NCBI GenBank assembly: GCA_031364845.1
Contig: JANLWX010000042.1
Location: forward strand, 1 to 12,481
Length of the DNA stretch: 12,481 nt
From: Candidatus Eiseniibacteriota bacterium
Lineage (GTDB): Bacteria; Eisenbacteria; RBG-16-71-46
Reading direction: 5' to 3'
Part shown: in pieces, positions 8,701 to 12,481 of the stretch
How the letters are laid out: each line of letters starts with the position of its first letter
How positions within the stretch are numbered: position 1 is the first letter of the stretch
Made by a program: the position numbers and the translations under genes
The notes under the pieces: model-generated
The model's database searches: none
What the model was told of the DNA's origin: nothing
The model's input: the letters and a program-made list of their open reading frames with translations, nothing else

Positions 8701-11700
8701 CGCAATCCCGAAAACGCCATCGTTCCGTTGGAGAAGAAACCAGTTCCGAGCACCGGATCGACCGCAGTGCTCCCGAGCACACCGTCGCGATTTCCATCGT
8801 CGCGCAACGTCACCACGCGGATCTCGTCGTCGCGTTCGGCCGCGGTGCCCGGACCGGTCGTGGTGTTGGTGATCGTGAGGTCGGACAGCGTTCGATCGGT
8901 CGAATAGCTGTTGGTGGCGACGATCTGGAGCAGCGCCTCGCCGCGGGCGCCCGGACGCACCGAACCCGAAGGCAGGGACGCGGCCGAGAACGTGACGCGA
9001 TCGAGGCTGCTGATCGTGAAGCCCCACGGTTCCTCAACGGGCCGATCCAGCGGGCCGCTGTTGCCGCTCGCCATTCCGACGCCGGCGTCCGGGATTGGCG
9101 GAATCGCGAGGCGCACCGTGCGGCCCTGGGTCGCAAACGGCGCGAGGTCCACGGTCCAGAACACGCGCAGACCACCGAGACCCACTGCCTCGGTGAGCCC
9201 GGTGATTTCCCAACGGCTGCCCGTGAAGATGAGTGCGCCGAGGCGGCGGTCGAGCGCCGGCTGGAAACTTCCATCGCCGTTGTCGGCCCATGCTTCGACC
9301 TTCGCAATGTCGTCGGTGGCAAGTGCCGAGCCTTCGTTGACGACGCCGAGACGCAGAAGCTCATCGGTGGTGTAGCCGTTGGCGGGGAGCAGCGCCTCGA
9401 GCGCAAGCTGGCGTGAGATGCCCGCGTTCAGGTTGCCCGGCCCCGTGGGCTCGAGGGCGACGCGGCTCGCCAGCATGCCGTCGACGACGAACGCTCCCGA
9501 CGGATCGACCGGCCACGACGTGCGGATCGTGACCGCGCGCGCGAACGTGAGATCGGTTTCGCCCTCGAGGCGCACGTCGAGCGTGTCCCCGACGCGCGCA
9601 AGCGCGGTCGCGCCGGCACGCAGCACCAGCTCGATGCTGTCGCGTGACGGGATTCCGACGACGAGTCCGCCGAAAGTCACCCGCCCCGAAGCGAATGAGG
9701 CCTCGTTGCCCGGCTGCTCGACTCCGCGGTGGATTGCGGCCGCGGTGATCGAGGTCCACTCCGCGTCGAGTTGAGCCGCACTGCCGGGTCCGCGTGCGAT
9801 GTTGCGGAACCTGATCGACGTCAGCGTCTCGGCCACCGCCGAGGGATTCACGAACTTCATGCGCCAGATTTCCTGGGCAGGGCCATCCGCCAGCATCGTT
9901 ACGTTTCCGCGCGCCGTCACGGTCAGGTTCAGCGACGGCCGGACCGAGAGCGTCACGGCGGCGAGATTGTTGGTCGGTTGCGGATCGGGATGATCCGACG
10001 CGGTGATCCGCACGCTCGCCGTGAGATCGGTACCGCCGGTCCCGGCGAGCACCGTGGCGCGGAGTGCGAGCGTGGCGCTGGTACCCGCGGCGAGCGCCCC
10101 CGCACTCCACACACCGGTGGCGATCGCGTAGTTGCCCTGACTCGGATTCGAACTCTGATAGCTGAAGCCCGCCGGCAGCGTGAAGGTGTTTGCGATTCCC
10201 GCCGCATCGTCGGGGCCGTGGTTGGTGAGCGTGACCGCGAACGTCACCGCAGCACCTTCGTTGGGATCCGCGAGGTCGGCGGTCATCGTGACGCCGAGGT
10301 CGGTGCTCTGCACGGTGATCGTGCGGCTCGCCGAATCGTTGGATGCGAAGTGATCGGCCTGATCGGCCGCGAGCACGTTCACCTGATGGACCAGCGCGCT
10401 GGCGCCGGTGCCGGCATCGACCCGCGCCAGCAACGTGAGCGTCGCCGTGCCCGCGGTGGCGAGTCCGCCGACGTTCCACGTCCCGGTGCCGCTCGTGTAG
10501 GTGCCCTGGCTCCGCGTCGAGTTGATGTAGGTGAGCCCCGGCGGAAGCGGGCTCGCGATCGAGATCTGCGTCGCCCCGTCCGGTCCGTTGTTGGTGAGCG
10601 TGAGCACGAACGTGAGCGTGTCGCCTTCTGCCGGCGCGGATTCGTCCACGGTCATCGCGAGCGCGAGATCGGCGAGCGGCACCGAGACCGGCACGCTCGT
10701 CGTGTCGTTGGCGGGAGCGGGGTCGGCCTGATCGGCCGCGGTGATCGACGCCTGCGTGACGAGGGTGGTTCCGCCGACTCCCGCGTCGACCGAAGCGCCG
10801 AGTACCAACGTCGCGCTCGCACCGTTCGCGAGGTCGCCGACATTCCATGATCCACTGCCGTTCGTGTAGCTGCCCTGGCTCGGCGTGGAGTTCACGAACG
10901 TGAGTCCGGCCGGAAGGGCGGCCGTGACCGCGACCGCGGTCGCCGCGTCGGGCCCGTGGTTCGTGAGCGTGAGCGTGCACGTGACCGGTGCCCCTTCGTT
11001 GGGAGCGACGTCGTTCATGGCGATCGTGATGCCGAGGTCGGTGGTCTGCACCCGCATCGACCAACGGACTGAGTTGTCCGTCGAGTCGTGGTCGGCCTGA
11101 TCCGAAATCGTGACGTAAGCGGTGTCGGCGATGATCGTGCCGCCGGTGCCGGAATCGATCGTGCAGACGAACGTGAGTGTGGCGGCCGCGCCGTTGGCGA
11201 GGCTTCCGACGCTCCATTCGCCGATCCCTGAGTCGTAGCTGCCCTGGCTCGGGGTCGCGCTCACGGCGGTGACGCCCGCAGGCAGCGCGTCCGTCACCGT
11301 GATCCCCGACGCCGCGTTCGGGCCATCGTTGGTGAGGGTCAGCGTGCAGGTGACGGTGGTCTCTTCGTTCGGAACCGCGTTGTCGAGTGCGGCCTCGAGC
11401 CGTAGATCCGCGAGCGGTACGGTCACGAATTCGCTCGCCGTGTCGTTGAGCGCGTCGTGATCGGCCTCGTTGACTGCCGTGATCGCCGTGTTGAACGTGA
11501 TCGTGCTGCCGCCGGTCGCGGCATCGACTGTGGCATCGAGCACGAGCGTGGCACTGGCTCCGATGCCGAGGCTTCCGACGGACCATTCTCCGGTGCCGCT
11601 CGCGTAGGAGCCCTGGCTCGGAGTCGACGCGGTGTACGTGAGTCCGGCGGGCAACAGTGCGCCGACCGCAATCGAGGTCGCGGCGGTTGGTCCGTTGTTG

Positions 11701-12481
11701 GTGATGGTGAGTGTGCACGTGACGCCATCGCCCTCGTTCGGGGTCGCGTCGCTCACGCTCAGACCGAGAGCGAGATCGGCGAGCGGAATCGTGACGGTCA
11801 TGCCCGCCGTGTCGTTGGCGCTGACAGTATCGCGATGGTCGGTGGCGGTGATCGTGGCGTTGTTGGGGAGCGTCGTCCCCCCGAAGGTGTCCGTGACCAC
11901 GGCGCCGAGCACGAGCACCGCACTGTCGTTCGCGGCGAGCGTGCCCACGGCCCAGACGCCGGTGGCGCGTCCATAGCTGCCCTGGCCAGGAGTGTCGTTC
12001 ATGTAATCGAGGCCGACCGGCAGACGGTCGAGCACCGTGATGCCGTTCGCCGTGTCGGGTCCGTGATTCGTGAGCGTCAGCGTGAAGTAGACGGGTGCCC
12101 CTTCGTCGGGTGCCGGATTGCTCACGCGCATGGCGATGCCGAGGTCCGCGCTCTCGACCAGCATCGACGTGGTTGTCGAGTCGTTCGCGGGATCGTGGTC
12201 CGCCTGGTCGGCCGCGGTGACGGACGTATTCATGATGAGCGTCGTGCCGCCGGTGCTGGTGTCGACGGTCGCGACGATCGTGAGCGTCGCCACGCCGCTG
12301 GCCGCGAGATTTTCGACCGTCCATTCACCCGTGCCGGTTTCGTGGTTGCCCTGGCTTGGTGACGAGTTCGCGAACGTGAGCCCGGCCGGCAGTGGCGCGG
12401 AAACCACCACGCCGCTCGCCGGATCGGGTCCGAGGTTCGTGAGCGTGACGGTGTAGGTGACCGTGTCGGTCTCGTTGGGCC
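5436..12481 (-). CDS. Giant secreted/surface multi-Ig-domain protein (DUF11 repeats + other beta-sandwich repeats + C-terminal FlgD-Ig/T9SS-like sorting domain); 5'-truncated, >=2347 aa
   Basis: The frame of ORF 5436..12410 stays open to the window edge (...PNETDTVTYTVTLTNLGPDPASG precedes the listed GTG), so the real start lies upstream. The protein is Thr/Ala/Val/Gly-rich with DL...TLTNxGP...LPAGL...SQG.Y...G.W.VG.L...ND repeats. C-terminus: SNYPNPF...VSIRIFT...WDGRNGRGQTVYNGVYVV...RKLAVVR-stop. Confidence 0.93.
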   Translation of the reverse strand, partial: PNETDTVTYTVTLTNLGPDPASGVVVSAPLPAGLTFANSSPSQGNHETGTGEWTVENLAASGVATLTIVATVDTSTGGTTLIMNTSVTAADQADHDPANDSTTTSMLVESADLGIAMRVSNPAPDEGAPVYFTLTLTNHGPDTANGITVLDRLPVGLDYMNDTPGQGSYGRATGVWAVGTLAANDSAVLVLGAVVTDTFGGTTLPNNATITATDHRDTVSANDTAGMTVTIPLADLALGLSVSDATPNEGDGVTCTLTITNNGPTAATSIAVGALLPAGLTYTASTPSQGSYASGTGEWSVGSLGIGASATLVLDATVDAATGGSTITFNTAITAVNEADHDALNDTASEFVTVPLADLRLEAALDNAVPNEETTVTCTLTLTNDGPNAASGITVTDALPAGVTAVSATPSQGSYDSGIGEWSVGSLANGAAATLTFVCTIDSGTGGTIIADTAYVTISDQADHDSTDNSVRWSMRVQTTDLGITIAMNDVAPNEGAPVTCTLTLTNHGPDAATAVAVTAALPAGLTFVNSTPSQGSYTNGSGSWNVGDLANGASATLVLGASVDAGVGGTTLVTQASITAADQADPAPANDTTSVPVSVPLADLALAMTVDESAPAEGDTLTFVLTLTNNGPDGATQISIASPLPPGLTYINSTRSQGTYTSGTGTWNVGGLATAGTATLTLLARVDAGTGASALVHQVNVLAADQADHFASNDSASRTITVQSTDLGVTMTADLADPNEGAAVTFAVTLTNHGPDDAAGIANTFTLPAGFSYQSSNPSQGNYAIATGVWSAGALAAGTSATLALRATVLAGTGGTDLTASVRITASDHPDPQPTNNLAAVTLSVRPSLNLTVTARGNVTMLADGPAQEIWRMKFVNPSAVAETLTSIRFRNIARGPGSAAQLDAEWTSITAAAIHRGVEQPGNEASFASGRVTFGGLVVGIPSRDSIELVLRAGATALARVGDTLDVRLEGETDLTFARAVTIRTSWPVDPSGAFVVDGMLASRVALEPTGPGNLNAGISRQLALEALLPANGYTTDELLRLGVVNEGSALATDDIAKVEAWADNGDGSFQPALDRRLGALIFTGSRWEITGLTEAVGLGGLRVFWTVDLAPFATQGRTVRLAIPPIPDAGVGMASGNSGPLDRPVEEPWGFTISSLDRVTFSAASLPSGSVRPGARGEALLQIVATNSYSTDRTLSDLTITNTTTGPGTAAERDDEIRVVTLRDDGNRDGVLGSTAVDPVLGTGFFSNGTMAFSGLRWSIPAGQTRQIFVTADVSSNAAADGDVLSAVIADEFALAFLEPTAVTGGWPLDSGCRLTIDGFAAVQLSSMRTPSVTVGPNDDAVLALDFIVPPDGYKSDVLRSVRVVNLGNATPSDIASMKLWRDGGDGVFTGAGDDILISPLVPQSGGWQSPLISVPIGAAGVRSFISVDVSSAPAESVTVQLSIPINGIDNQSGNDGPLDQPVTNPDGLLISGAPLLASISVPAATTLGQDVTVRMTVRNTSTETVNAVAPSPLTLSGSGSLTLASGPTPASLVLAPGAVETFEWRYTANAIGDVRFTGNASGTGAVSSLFRRSPFASSGLQQIFIGTNLLAMIPVQTMPVNVNRGQEGIVPFSLTLTNQGGAGASDARLSHLRIRLTDPAGQGLVPSSLLTRVEVNEGTNVYLVKTAIEATGSEIDLQLASPVVVNPAQPSTLTLRLDIASATSVPAFLVSIPDSSWIEADDATSGAPVMVAVMPDGYPLRSAVARIVAETDRVTAALIAPDSSRVARGNDDVTLLRLRLDNPGVTGISSDVRVYSLALNLVDADAAQVADPSALLGQLRVRTGAQIVTTQLVEGGSGPLLTIPFSPPLTIPANTPLDLTIEGDVAATAAFGRFQARLADTTSFDARDATTRNRVRAEYATNPIAGGWVTVEAGADSLVAGGAPLFTSSVLIGSTSIPALAVTLRNPGAAGTSRVRFDSLRVDCRDEARRPFAPGAFFSRLTVSWNGTVVASAPNPPGMGSVKVVLPGLLIEPADSAQITVAVDISPAAPLGSIELMLAADGIGAVDANSGQPVHVGPAPARDLPILSGLARLQSPARSLSVGMTSRMATAFAADGSSVPAATIALTNVDAAGAGSIHIDRLELRAGDRAYAPLPIGAGAANLEAWVDGAKWAESGTLASDVMTAVLLAAAPLAIAPGETTQVELRIVTRTDGAPDGFRIGVEQAGIGVIQPASALLAVGIQPAAGQSFPMWSEAAGLTANTLAASWSNYPNPFAAGREATTFVYYLPSAARVSIRIFTPRGESVATVLENLPRSNGLHQVDRWDGRNGRGQTVYNGVYVVELDVRFDDGTSSRLLRKLAVVR
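5745..7709 (-). repeat. Four diverged ~164-aa beta-sandwich repeats
   Basis: Units at ~7218-7709, 6726-7217, 6240-6725 and 5745-6239. Shared motifs: LTLTNQGGAG/LRLDNPGVTG/VTLRNPGAAG/IALTNVDAAG; RLTD/NLVD/DCRD/RAGD; ADDATSG/ARDATTR/AVDANSG. Confidence 0.72.
8052..9935 (-). repeat. Duplicated two-domain module (A-B)x2, ~320 aa per copy, with Asp/Gly-rich putative Ca-binding loops
   Basis: Matching motif pairs: GPGSAAQLDAEW/GPGTAAERDDEI; WPVD...VDGM/WPLD...IDGF; LALEALLPANGYTTDEL/LALDFIVPPDGYKSDVL; WADNGDGSF/WRDGGDGVF; SGNSGPLDRPV/SGNDGPLDQPV. Offsets are 954-963 bp. Confidence 0.82.
9936..12481 (-). repeat. Tandem DUF11-like domain array, >=7 units of 123 aa (369 bp)
   Basis: The (S/G)QG codons (+ strand gccctg) start at 12348, 11979, 11610, 11241, 10872, 10503 and 10134, each exactly 369 bp apart. 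Complete units start at 12149, 11780, 11411, 11042, 10673 and 10304. Confidence 0.92.

Noticed and set aside
11043..11411. Two Cys in DUF11 unit 4 (VTCTL, FVCTI) as a disulfide replacing the isopeptide bond
   Set aside because: Units 3 and 5 carry only the first Cys, and the strand register cannot be established without a structural model.
9361..12324. 987-aa Arg/His-rich minus-strand ORF, a possible overprinted gene
   Set aside because: Alternative frame of the DUF11 array. Its composition is what GC-rich Thr/Ala/Val codons give when shifted, and it has no recognisable motifs.
12408..12410. GTG at 12410 as the start of the giant protein
   Set aside because: It lies mid-repeat, the frame is open to the window edge, and no signal peptide follows.
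141..12456. Many long plus-strand ORFs (e.g. 1335..2816, 3952..5292, 5896..7437, 8115..9416)
   Set aside because: Antisense shadows of well-supported minus-strand genes. Stop codons are scarce at high GC, and none shows domain motifs.
9936..12481. Periodic nucleotide motifs (gccctggct, gtgagcgtgagc) as a CRISPR array or DGR template/variable repeats
   Set aside because: The period is 369 bp, in frame and degenerate at synonymous sites, i.e. protein domain repeats. There are no identical repeats with unique spacers, no adenine-specific pair, and no cas or RT gene.

Overview
A GC-rich, fully coding window holding five tightly packed minus-strand genes that look like one operon. Junctions are an ATGA overlap, a 4-nt gap, an ATGA overlap and an 8-nt overlap. 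In transcription order: (1) a 5'-truncated giant (>=2347 aa) multi-Ig surface protein with >=7 DUF11-like repeats at an exact 369-bp period, two further repeat families, and a C-terminal FlgD-Ig/T9SS-type sorting domain; (2) a signal-peptide-bearing PorV/PorQ-family outer-membrane beta-barrel fused to a long C-terminal coiled-coil/TPR tail; (3) an inner-membrane sensor-HAMP-SpoIIE(PP2C) phosphatase fused to an RsbW-like kinase; (4) a STAS anti-anti-sigma protein; (5) a 3'-truncated cytoplasmic GAF-HisKA histidine kinase that is missing from the supplied ORF track. The order runs cell surface, outer membrane, periplasm, inner membrane, cytoplasm. This suggests (inference) an undescribed trans-envelope signalling system linking a T9SS-like cargo and its dedicated PorV paralogue to a partner-switching cascade, probably in a high-GC FCB-related bacterium. 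I saw no RNA genes, mobile elements or CRISPR arrays.
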